From positions 1-41,984 of the forward strand of contig JABFSS010000104.1 in NCBI GenBank assembly GCA_013140485.1: a stretch of 41,984 bases of DNA, in the 5' to 3' direction. The DNA comes from Candidatus Peribacteraceae bacterium (GTDB lineage Bacteria; Patescibacteriota; Gracilibacteria; Peribacterales; Peribacteraceae). Below the pieces are notes generated by a model, which worked only from the letters and a program-made list of their open reading frames with translations, was not told the origin of the DNA and did no database searches. Within the stretch, counting starts at the first letter, position 1. Each line of letters begins with the position of its first letter. Both the position numbers and the translations under genes were made by a program. Below are positions 18,211-25,398 of the stretch, in pieces.

Positions 18211-18831
18211 ATGAGAAAGCAGATCGGTTTCGTGGTGGTGTTGATGTTGGCGCTCGGCTTGCTGGCCGGCTGCGCGGGGGTTCGACAGAAGTGGACCGAT
18301 TACTGGTCTGGGAAGCATCAGGCGACCGAGCCGGAGAAGGCGCACATCAAGGCTGATGCCCAGTCGAAAGCGGACCTGGCCAGGAACATCCCGGTTGTGG
18401 GCCAGTACGCCGCTACGGCTCTGCTGGTCCTTCTTCCGATCTTCGGGTTCGCCAATCTTGGGCGCTCCCGCCGACTCGGGGAGTCCACCGCAGAGAAGCC
18501 CTACATGGGGCACTTGGGGGATTCGGTTCCGTGGTTGGAGAAATCAGTGCAGGTGCTTACGGACGTAAACCGAGGCGTGATGGAGATCGTGGGCGGGAAA
18601 GGGTCGCCGCTTCAACGCGGCTATAAGGTGTTCGTGGCGATCCTGGTGGCGGTGATCCCCGCGCTCATGGCCGAGCCGCGGTTTCTGGAATGGATCAAGC
18701 TGCACCCCGTTGCCGCGCTGATCTTCGGGGCCATCGCCCCGATCGTCGCCGGACTGAGCAAGAAACTGGACGAGGTCAAGCTGACGCCCGAAATGAAAGC
18801 CGCGTCCCTGCTTCCTCCAGCTGCTCCTTAA
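18211..18831 (+). CDS. Lipoprotein with additional TM helices (possible lysis/spanin-like protein)
   Basis: Signal peptide with LLAGC lipobox; further hydrophobic segments; RBS GGAGG. Confidence 0.65.
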   Translation: MRKQIGFVVVLMLALGLLAGCAGVRQKWTDYWSGKHQATEPEKAHIKADAQSKADLARNIPVVGQYAATALLVLLPIFGFANLGRSRRLGESTAEKPYMGHLGDSVPWLEKSVQVLTDVNRGVMEIVGGKGSPLQRGYKVFVAILVAVIPALMAEPRFLEWIKLHPVAALIFGAIAPIVAGLSKKLDEVKLTPEMKAASLLPPAAP

Positions 18832-18835
18832 CCCG

Positions 18836-18857
18836 GCCGTGCAGACGTCTGCACGGC
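18836..18857. promoter_or_regulatory. Perfect 22-bp palindrome with core GTGCAGACGTCTGCAC (parS-like site 1)
   Basis: GCCGTGCAGACGTCTGCACGGC; the 16-bp core recurs at 29692-29707. Confidence 0.6.
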
Positions 18858-18914
18858 TTACCATCAAGGCCGGCTCCTCTTAGCCGGCCGCCGCGCTCCT
18901 ACTGCGCGGTACAG

Positions 18915-18954
18915 GGGCCCTCGGCTTGGCGGAAGCCGGGGGCCCGCTTTCTTT
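18915..18954 (+). terminator. Rho-independent terminator ending the late operon
   Basis: GGGCCCTCGGCTT/AAGCCGGGGGCCC stem followed by GCTTTCTTT. Confidence 0.75.
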
Positions 18955-19029
18955 GAATTCATGATAAAATACTCGACTTTCAGGTTTGACTGGAAGGGGC
19001 GATTTGGACGCAATTGCCACCCGGCGTTC

Positions 19030-19262
19030 TGTGCCCTAAATTGTGCCCCAAATGAGGTTTGAGGCGTGGTGATAACTGGAACTGCTGGAATTACTAGAAT
19101 AGCTGGAAGTTGATTCTACGTCGGAAAATAGGGTTTTGAAGGAAGATCGTCGGAGCGGGGCGTGGCTCAGCTTGGCTAGAGCGCTTGCATGGGGTGCAAG
19201 GGCAACTTCACCATTCTATCGACTGAGAATCAAAAGACTGTGCCCCAAAAATGTGTCCCAAG
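19030..19262. other. attP: attP site: arm-type repeats flanking a tRNA-derived core
   Basis: TGTGCCCYAAA-like direct repeats at 19030, 19042, 19239, 19252; CTRGAA x4 at 9-bp spacing 19076-19108; tRNA fragment between them; about 0.8 kb from the integrase 3' end. Confidence 0.85.
19156..19200 (+). pseudogene. 5' half of tRNA-Pro(GGG) (att core), truncated after the anticodon arm
   Basis: CGGGGCG TG GCTC AGCTTGGCTA GAGC G CTTGC ATGGGGT GCAAG; no T arm or 3' acceptor strand follows. Confidence 0.88.
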
Positions 19263-19370
19263 GAATCCTTTGACACGCCAGTGGGCCCCCTGGTACCCTG
19301 CTTATGTGGGGCTCCTCCCAGCAACAAACTTCCTCGTATCGGGTATTCTTGAATAGGACGCCAAGAACGC

Positions 19371-19712
19371 TTGTTGCTGATCGACGTGGTTTGCAAGCGG
19401 CTCGGCGCGCGGGTTTTCCTGGAGAGCGGATGTTTCCGTTGCCATATCCAGCCGGAGCATCCGGAGGTGGGCAGCAAACTCCAGCTCGTCACGGAGATCG
19501 TGACGGACCCGCCGAAAAACCAGGGAGACGAGGGGGTGTACCAATATGAAGCCAATCCCGCCAAGGTATTCATCCAGAAACGCGTCTCGGACTTCCTGCC
19601 TTTCAACAGGGCCCTCCGCATCGGATTGCTCAAACAGTCGGATGGAACTTACGAGATCCGTTCTTTTTACCCGGCGAATGGTTGGCCGTCAAAGGGGGTG
19701 ATACCGCTATGA
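19371..19712 (+). CDS. Putative toxin (RelE/BECR-like RNase fold)
   Basis: HI..EHPEV...IVTDP and C-terminal IRSFY pattern; coupled (ATGA) to a DUF2283-like gene; start uncertain. Confidence 0.5.
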   Translation: MLLIDVVCKRLGARVFLESGCFRCHIQPEHPEVGSKLQLVTEIVTDPPKNQGDEGVYQYEANPAKVFIQKRVSDFLPFNRALRIGLLKQSDGTYEIRSFYPANGWPSKGVIPL

Positions 19713-20008
19713 GCCCAGCGAAGGACATCCGGATTAACTGGGATCGGGAGAGCGACACGATGTACGTGCTTCACGCGGCCGCCAATCCCGATCGGACGAA
19801 GAACTTAACCTTGAGCGCGGAAGTGGTGGGGCGCTTCGATGAGAACCACCGCGTGGTTGGGTTCATCATCGAAGATTTTACGCGCCTGTTTCCTGAGATG
19901 AAGGAAGCTCAGGAATACCTCCTGATGGAGATGTTCGATGGCTTGCTGCAGGTGTTGAACAAGCCGTCCGCGATCAACTTCACCCAGCAGGTCGCCTCAG
20001 CGATCTGA
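19709..20008 (+). CDS. DUF2283-like putative antitoxin
   Basis: INWDRESDTMYV...VVGRFDENHRVVGFIIEDF resembles the DUF2283 pattern. Confidence 0.65.
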   Translation: MSPAKDIRINWDRESDTMYVLHAAANPDRTKNLTLSAEVVGRFDENHRVVGFIIEDFTRLFPEMKEAQEYLLMEMFDGLLQVLNKPSAINFTQQVASAI

Positions 20009-20044
20009 AGGCGTCATCCCCGCAAGGTCTCGTGCCTTGCGGCC

Positions 20045-20076
20045 ACCGGGCCCCTGTGGGCCCGGTTTTTCTTTTT
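20045..20076 (+). terminator. Rho-independent terminator between the convergent TA pair and integrase
   Basis: ACCGGGCCC-CTGT-GGGCCCGGT followed by TTTTCTTTTT. Confidence 0.85.
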
Positions 20077-21109
20077 AGACCCGGTTGATCTCCTTGTCGT
20101 ACACTCCCGCCATATGGGCGTACTCCGCGGTCGTGCGGGGATCCTCGTGCCCGAGCCAGCGCTGCAGTTTCCAGAGGCTGCCGCCGGCCTGGAGGTAGAG
20201 TGTGGCGAAGGTATGCCGCAGCACGTGCCAGGCATCTCCACCGGTGTCGTGAAGCCCAATCTGCTTGTACAAGTGCTTGAGCGGCTCCTCTGATGGAATC
20301 ACCGGCCTTCCGTTGGGCCCCTTGAAGAAGAGCCCCTCCTTGGGGGCAATCTGACTAAGCAGCTTGCCCAGGCGTGGGTTCAGGGGCAGGGTGCGGGTCC
20401 GCAGCCACTTGGGGTTCCAGTTGAAGTGGGGTTTGGGCTGGATTTTGATGGTCCGGCCGGCGAAGTCCACGTCGGTCACCTCCAGGTGGGCGATCTCCCC
20501 ACGGCGCAGCCCGGCAAAGAATCCCAGCGCGATCCGAGGGAAGGTGGTTGGGTTTTGCTCCTGGGCGATCTTGAGAAGCTTTTCTCTCTGGTCTTCCCTC
20601 AGCCAAGTCCGCTCCCTCTTAGGCTCCCGGACGTTGGGGATCCCCTGGGTGAAGTTCTCGTGGATCTGGTTCTCAAACAGCAGCCACTTGGCCATGGTCC
20701 GCAGGACCTTCAGGAGCCGGTTTCGGTTGCTGGGGGTGTACTTTTTTTCTGCGGCCAGCTGATCAATGCAGGCCCGGATTTTAGGCGGATCCACCTCCAG
20801 GATTCGCAAGGCGCCGATCTTCGAGCTGATCAGCTGCAGACGGGCCTGGTCGGCCTTCCACGTGCTGGCCTTGTTCTTACGCTTGCAATATGCGATGTAA
20901 GTTTCGGCGGCGCCCTGGAAGGTAAGGCCAGAGTCCGGACCCAGGCGACCCAGGGCTAGTTTTTTATCGTGCTCGGCCTGTCTGTAGCGAGCGACTCGTT
21001 TATCGCGGGTCTTGAGGCTGAAACGGAGTTTTTGACCGGTCGACCTGTCATAGGCACGGTACCAGAGGATACCAGTTTTTGGGTTTCCCCGACGGTAAAG
21101 GCTGGACAT
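20075..21109 (-). CDS. int: Tyrosine integrase
   Basis: GLRRGEI, HVLRHTFAT, LGHED..TT.EY catalytic motifs; N-terminal arm-binding-like domain. Confidence 0.96.
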   Translation of the reverse strand: MSSLYRRGNPKTGILWYRAYDRSTGQKLRFSLKTRDKRVARYRQAEHDKKLALGRLGPDSGLTFQGAAETYIAYCKRKNKASTWKADQARLQLISSKIGALRILEVDPPKIRACIDQLAAEKKYTPSNRNRLLKVLRTMAKWLLFENQIHENFTQGIPNVREPKRERTWLREDQREKLLKIAQEQNPTTFPRIALGFFAGLRRGEIAHLEVTDVDFAGRTIKIQPKPHFNWNPKWLRTRTLPLNPRLGKLLSQIAPKEGLFFKGPNGRPVIPSEEPLKHLYKQIGLHDTGGDAWHVLRHTFATLYLQAGGSLWKLQRWLGHEDPRTTAEYAHMAGVYDKEINRV

Positions 21110-21121
21110 TAGAAATCCTTA

Positions 21122-21379
21122 TCAACGTGGGGGTTCATCAGGCCAGTAGAGCTGCTGTTCATAGAGGTAATCTTCCCCGGGGAATCCTTTCAGCGGATGC
21201 AGGTATTTGGGATCCAGCCGGATCGCTACATTCGGTGTTTCGCTGCCATCTTGGAAAATCTTCCACTCCAGCACCACGTGCGGCTCGTCCTCGATATAAA
21301 CGAGGTCCGATACGTGATGGCCGTTTCGGCCGTGGTGCATCAACACGTGTCGGACCTTCTTCCCGGTCCGCCGGGTCAC
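21122..21379 (-). CDS. Hypothetical protein (cI operon)
   Basis: Coupled ORF in the leftward operon. Confidence 0.65.
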   Translation of the reverse strand: MTRRTGKKVRHVLMHHGRNGHHVSDLVYIEDEPHVVLEWKIFQDGSETPNVAIRLDPKYLHPLKGFPGEDYLYEQQLYWPDEPPR

Positions 21380-21846
21380 TGCAGCTTGCGGGTCCGGATC
21401 AGCCGTTGAAACCAGTTGTGGGAGTAGAACGTCCGGCCGGTCCGATCGGAAACGAAAGCGACGTATTCATTTTGGCCGTAGCCGTGCTTCTTTTCCAAAT
21501 CCTCCATGTCCAGGAAGAAATCCCGGCCGGTGCCTTCCAGAATCGGTTCGCCAGATCCGCGCATGGCATCCGCTGCAATGAAGCCGCCGGCATCACTGCC
21601 CGGCTTCTTGCGGACCATCATGCCGGCATTACTGATGTAGACCGGCGACTTTCCGCGATTCGCGGCCGTGATGACGATGTAGGTCTTATCCCCATATTGG
21701 GTAGTCTTGGGATAAACCTTCATGTTCCGCTTCAACATCACTACGACTGGAGACCGGCCTTCGTAGAACTTGGCGCCCTCAAAGCCCGCCAGTGCGGTGG
21801 ACACCAGGGCGCCCCACATGGCCAGCACAGTTGTCGAGTCCATCAC
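21376..21846 (-). CDS. Membrane-anchored hypothetical protein
   Basis: N-terminal TM segment LAMWGALVSTALA; coupled to neighbours. Confidence 0.7.
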   Translation of the reverse strand: MMDSTTVLAMWGALVSTALAGFEGAKFYEGRSPVVVMLKRNMKVYPKTTQYGDKTYIVITAANRGKSPVYISNAGMMVRKKPGSDAGGFIAADAMRGSGEPILEGTGRDFFLDMEDLEKKHGYGQNEYVAFVSDRTGRTFYSHNWFQRLIRTRKLQ

Positions 21847-22271
21847 TTTGCCTCCAGCAGGGTGCAGTCTTCCAGTTGGACGTTCAGCTGCTTTCCGGCC
21901 AAGCGCCCCTGGATCCGGACGAACTGGTCCGGCCGGAGATTCACCAGCTGTGGTTCAAGAACAGCAGGGAAGTAGCACTGGACCATCCACGCCGGATCCC
22001 GGGTGGCCAGAGTGACGTAAGGCCGGCCGAGCTCCTTGTCGATCCGCTTGATATGGCCAAAGACGATCAGCGGGGCCCGGGCATACCGCTTTTCAGCGGC
22101 GATTGCGTTGGTGTCGAATTCGGCGTAGAGATCCAGCGCCGAGATGGAAGCGACCGGGACCGCCACGGACGGCGGCGCGGCCGGCCGGGCCGGGGCTTTC
22201 TTGTCCGGCACGAACAGGCCGATTACCACCAGCAGCAGGAAACCCACCCCCAGGACCTTCAGGATCTTCAT
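21843..22271 (-). CDS. Exported OB-fold protein (tRNA_anti-like family)
   Basis: N-terminal TM; ISA.DLY.EF..N..AAEKRY...IV.G.I..I and L.DC motifs. Confidence 0.75.
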   Translation of the reverse strand: MKILKVLGVGFLLLVVIGLFVPDKKAPARPAAPPSVAVPVASISALDLYAEFDTNAIAAEKRYARAPLIVFGHIKRIDKELGRPYVTLATRDPAWMVQCYFPAVLEPQLVNLRPDQFVRIQGRLAGKQLNVQLEDCTLLEAK

Positions 22272-22963
22272 TTGAGGAACCCTTTCCAGAGGACGCCGCG
22301 CACCACGCCGCGCAGATGAATGTCGTGCTTTGAGGAGTATTCCTTCCTCTCATAGGTGGGATTGGCTGGCTCCAAGACGATCACCCGGCCGTGCTTGTAA
22401 AACTTTTTGATGCAGGTCTCGCCGTCGATCCGGATCACGACCACGTCGCCGTTGTTGGGCTGGGCGTCGGCATCCACGATCACCAAATCCCCGGGCTTGA
22501 TCCCCACGCCGATCATGGAGTCCCCTTTGACGCGCAGCAGATAGCTGTGGCGTCCACCGGTCATTTCTCGGGGCAGGGAAACCCAGCCCTCCACCGCATC
22601 CTCACTGGAGGTTTTTTCTCCGGCCGGCGCGGATCCCAGGATAGGGACCTTCACGAATCCCTTGGGGGAATGCGCTTCCGGGACATCGCCCCGGTATCCG
22701 GGGCCCGCGTCGCGGACCATTCCGACATCCGGCACGCCGCGGGCTTTCAGCACCATGTGGAGCAGTTCATTGGGTTTCAACTGCAAGGCCTTCTCGAACT
22801 TCACGGCCATTTCCGGGGAAGGAATCGAGCGGCCTTTCTCGATCTTCGTGATGTAGGAAGGGTCGCAGTCCACCATCCGGGCCAGCGCGTCGCCCTTCAG
22901 ATCCAACTGCTCCCGCGCGTCCCGGACCAGGTTCCCGATCGCTATTGACTGAGAGTTCATCAT
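22268..22963 (-). CDS. cI: CI-like repressor (XRE HTH plus S24 peptidase)
   Basis: YITKIEKG HTH; PAG cleavage site; VKGDSM and CIKK catalytic Ser/Lys. Confidence 0.93.
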   Translation of the reverse strand: MMNSQSIAIGNLVRDAREQLDLKGDALARMVDCDPSYITKIEKGRSIPSPEMAVKFEKALQLKPNELLHMVLKARGVPDVGMVRDAGPGYRGDVPEAHSPKGFVKVPILGSAPAGEKTSSEDAVEGWVSLPREMTGGRHSYLLRVKGDSMIGVGIKPGDLVIVDADAQPNNGDVVVIRIDGETCIKKFYKHGRVIVLEPANPTYERKEYSSKHDIHLRGVVRGVLWKGFLK

Positions 22964-23006
22964 AGATTTATGCTACCCCCAACTGTGGAATTGCGTAAAA
23001 AAAGAT

Positions 23007-23037
23007 ATTGACGGCGGGTCAATCAATAAGGCATACT
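23007..23037 (+). promoter_or_regulatory. Rightward early promoter overlapped by an operator
   Basis: TTGACG-N18-CATACT; palindrome ATTGAC-N5-GTCAAT at 23007-23023; related site ATTGAC-N5-GTTCAT at 22944-22960. Confidence 0.7.
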
Positions 23038-23043
23038 TTAAGC

Positions 23044-23265
23044 ATGGACACCGCAGTGACGATTCGGAAGGGAGGGTTCAAGCCGGAACGGCTCTACCAG
23101 CTCCGGGTAGAGCGGGGCTACTCGCTGGAGAAGACGGGCTCTCTCTGCAAGCTCAGCACGTCGGAGATGGGGCAGCTGGAGAACGGAAAGAGGAATCCGG
23201 GCGTGAAAACGATCGCCAAGATGGCCAAGGGTTTCAAAGTGGAGAAGGGATATTTTTTTGCCTAA
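23044..23265 (+). CDS. cro: Cro-like XRE HTH regulator
   Basis: Divergent from cI; LENGKRNP HTH motif. Confidence 0.85.
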   Translation: MDTAVTIRKGGFKPERLYQLRVERGYSLEKTGSLCKLSTSEMGQLENGKRNPGVKTIAKMAKGFKVEKGYFFA

Positions 23266-23268
23266 AAC

Positions 23269-23289
23269 ATTGATGGACAGTCCATCAAT
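23269..23289. promoter_or_regulatory. Operator-like perfect inverted repeat
   Basis: ATTGATGGAC-A-GTCCATCAAT; half-sites resemble the ATTGAC operator. Confidence 0.65.
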
Positions 23290-23305
23290 ATAGAGGGATC
23301 CGTAT

Positions 23306-23671
23306 ATGGGACGGAACAAGTTGGAAAGCACGAAGCGAGAAGAAAAGAAAGTTGACCTGCAGTCCGCCTGCCGGTCATTGGTCGACCAAACCGCCCAACT
23401 GGAAGGGCTGTGCGGGGCCTCTCTCTCCGGGGATTACGCTGACGACGCGCCGCGCACCAAAGCTCTTGCCGGCCTCCACGAGCTGCGCCGCGACTTCTAC
23501 GGAAAGATGAACCCCCAGCAGGACGCGCAGATCGCCTACATCATCACCCTCTTGAACCAGCAGGAAACCCAGGACCACGACAACGACGATCCCAAGCAGA
23601 AGGAGCGCCAGTTGGCCGCGGCCATTCGGAAGAAGGCGAACGAAATCTCCGAAGTAGCGAGGAAATTGTGA
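23306..23671 (+). CDS. Hypothetical protein (cII position)
   Basis: ORF directly after cro; RBS GAGG. Confidence 0.7.
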   Translation: MGRNKLESTKREEKKVDLQSACRSLVDQTAQLEGLCGASLSGDYADDAPRTKALAGLHELRRDFYGKMNPQQDAQIAYIITLLNQQETQDHDNDDPKQKERQLAAAIRKKANEISEVARKL

Positions 23672-23862
23672 TGGAAGCAGCGTTGTTTCTTACACCCCAG
23701 CAGGTTTCAAAGCATCTCTCCCTGGCTCTCTCGACCACCTACTTTTATTGCGAGACCGGACAACTGCCGGCCGTTCGGGTCGGCAAGCATTGGCGCGTTC
23801 CATCCGACAAGCTGCAGCGCTGGCTGGAGAAACGAATGAACGGAAAGAAGGAGGGCAGATGA
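23668..23862 (+). CDS. xis: Excisionase-like HTH_17 protein
   Basis: LTPQQV..L....T.Y....GQLPAVRVGKHWRV. Confidence 0.85.
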   Translation: MMEAALFLTPQQVSKHLSLALSTTYFYCETGQLPAVRVGKHWRVPSDKLQRWLEKRMNGKKEGR

Positions 23863-24155
23863 ACGCGACAGCGCAGGTGATTCCGTTGACCAAGGCGGAG
23901 CTGGACCACATGGACCACCGGCCCCGGCTTCCGCTGGATTGCGACGTTTGCGTGAACCGCCGGGCGATGGAGCTGGGTTTGAAGCCCAGCACTCTCCGGT
24001 GGCTGTGGGATTCGCGGCACAACCATGGCCGCGTCGAAGGAGCGAAGGAGCGCGAGGTCCGCATCCTGCCGAGGGATCCCCGGGCCGCGGCCGCCGCATG
24101 GTTCCTGCTGGGGACCGGGTTTGGAGCGGTGATCACGTTTTTGGTGGGGAAGTGA
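23859..24155 (+). CDS. Hypothetical protein with C-terminal TM
   Basis: RBS AAGGAGG, ATGA coupling, CxxC. Confidence 0.65.
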   Translation: MNATAQVIPLTKAELDHMDHRPRLPLDCDVCVNRRAMELGLKPSTLRWLWDSRHNHGRVEGAKEREVRILPRDPRAAAAAWFLLGTGFGAVITFLVGK

Positions 24156-24269
24156 AACGGCCTATCGGTGCTGGAACACCAATAGGCCGCAAGCAGAACG
24201 CTAACCGACCTGGGAATGTCGGTATCGAAATGATACCGCCGGCCCCGGGTGAAGTCAATGGGGGGAACC

Positions 24270-25259
24270 ATGGAAACGAAAAAAGATGACGCCGCACAAG
24301 CAGGTCAGACACCCGGAGTGCCGGGACCAGCGGGGCCACAGCAACCGGCCAGACCGCCGGCAGAGCGGGACACGTCCTACTTGACCGCGAATCTGGGGTC
24401 CAAGCCGTTTACGGACGCGCAGCAGAAGATCCTCCAAGACAAGACCGACCCGGAGGATCTGGATATTTTGCCGACCGGGGAAGTTTATCTCACCCAGGTG
24501 AAGTACCGCATGCGGCTCAACAAGGCGTTCGGGGCGGGCGGCTGGGCGCTGTGTCCGATCGGTAAGCCCATCCTGCAGAGCGGGGTGGTGATGCGGGAAT
24601 ACGCCTTCTATGTGGATGGGCGGTTCATCGCTGAGGCGATCGGGGAGTGCGAGTACCAGGAGAGCAATAAGCGCATGACCTACGCTCAGGCGCTGGAAGG
24701 GGCCAAGAGCAACGCGCTTGTGCGCTGCTGCAAGGACATCGGGATCGCCGCCGAGTGCTGGGACAAGCGGTTCGTGACGCAGTTCCAGAAGGACCATTGC
24801 GTGAGGGTTTGGCGCGATCGGCAGAAGTACGACAAACCGCAATGGCGGCGGAAGGATGCCGAGCCCTGGTACGACGAGCAAGGGGTCGTGGAGGACCGGC
24901 CGCGGAAGGCAGGAAGTCAGCTGCCGGAGCGGCCAGACACCGGCCGGCAAGCGGCTCCGGCCACCGGCGTTACAGCGAAAGACATTGGCTTCGGGGAGGA
25001 CCCCAGGACAGAGGAACAACGGAAGGCCGATGCCCAATACAACGCCCCAGGAAACCGGGACGCGCAGGGCAACCGCAAGGGACCAGGACGGATCCCCAGC
25101 GACGCCGAGCAGGCCGCCGGCTATCGAAAGATGACGGCCAAGAAGGAGAGCAGCTGCATGGGGGGATCCCACCCGGGCATGTGCGTGATCAAGCCGGGCG
25201 ACACGATTTGGTTCAAGTCGGGATACGGAAGCTACTGCGATGCCAAGCACAGACCATAG
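24270..25259 (+). CDS. Mgm101/Rad52-superfamily single-strand annealing protein
   Basis: KYRMRLNKAFGAGGWAL.P, REYA, EGAKSNALVRCCKDIGIA.E.WD..F match the Mgm101 core. Confidence 0.85.
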   Translation: METKKDDAAQAGQTPGVPGPAGPQQPARPPAERDTSYLTANLGSKPFTDAQQKILQDKTDPEDLDILPTGEVYLTQVKYRMRLNKAFGAGGWALCPIGKPILQSGVVMREYAFYVDGRFIAEAIGECEYQESNKRMTYAQALEGAKSNALVRCCKDIGIAAECWDKRFVTQFQKDHCVRVWRDRQKYDKPQWRRKDAEPWYDEQGVVEDRPRKAGSQLPERPDTGRQAAPATGVTAKDIGFGEDPRTEEQRKADAQYNAPGNRDAQGNRKGPGRIPSDAEQAAGYRKMTAKKESSCMGGSHPGMCVIKPGDTIWFKSGYGSYCDAKHRP

Positions 25260-25398
25260 GGGGCCAAGTGAACGAGGAAACGCGCTGGGTTGCTGAACGG
25301 ATCGAAGGTTGATTCACCCCTGCCGGGGCCGCTCTCCCCGACGGCTCCGAGCAGGGCACACCTGGGAGGGAATGCGTTGATTCACGTTTTGGTTGGCC

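Noticed and set aside
18868..18909. CsrA/RsmA-sponge RNA on the minus strand (GGA near hairpin loops)
   Set aside because: Only two hairpins and neither matches the ANGGA consensus
19156..19230. Intact tRNA-Pro gene
   Set aside because: No T arm or 3' acceptor strand; interpreted as att core
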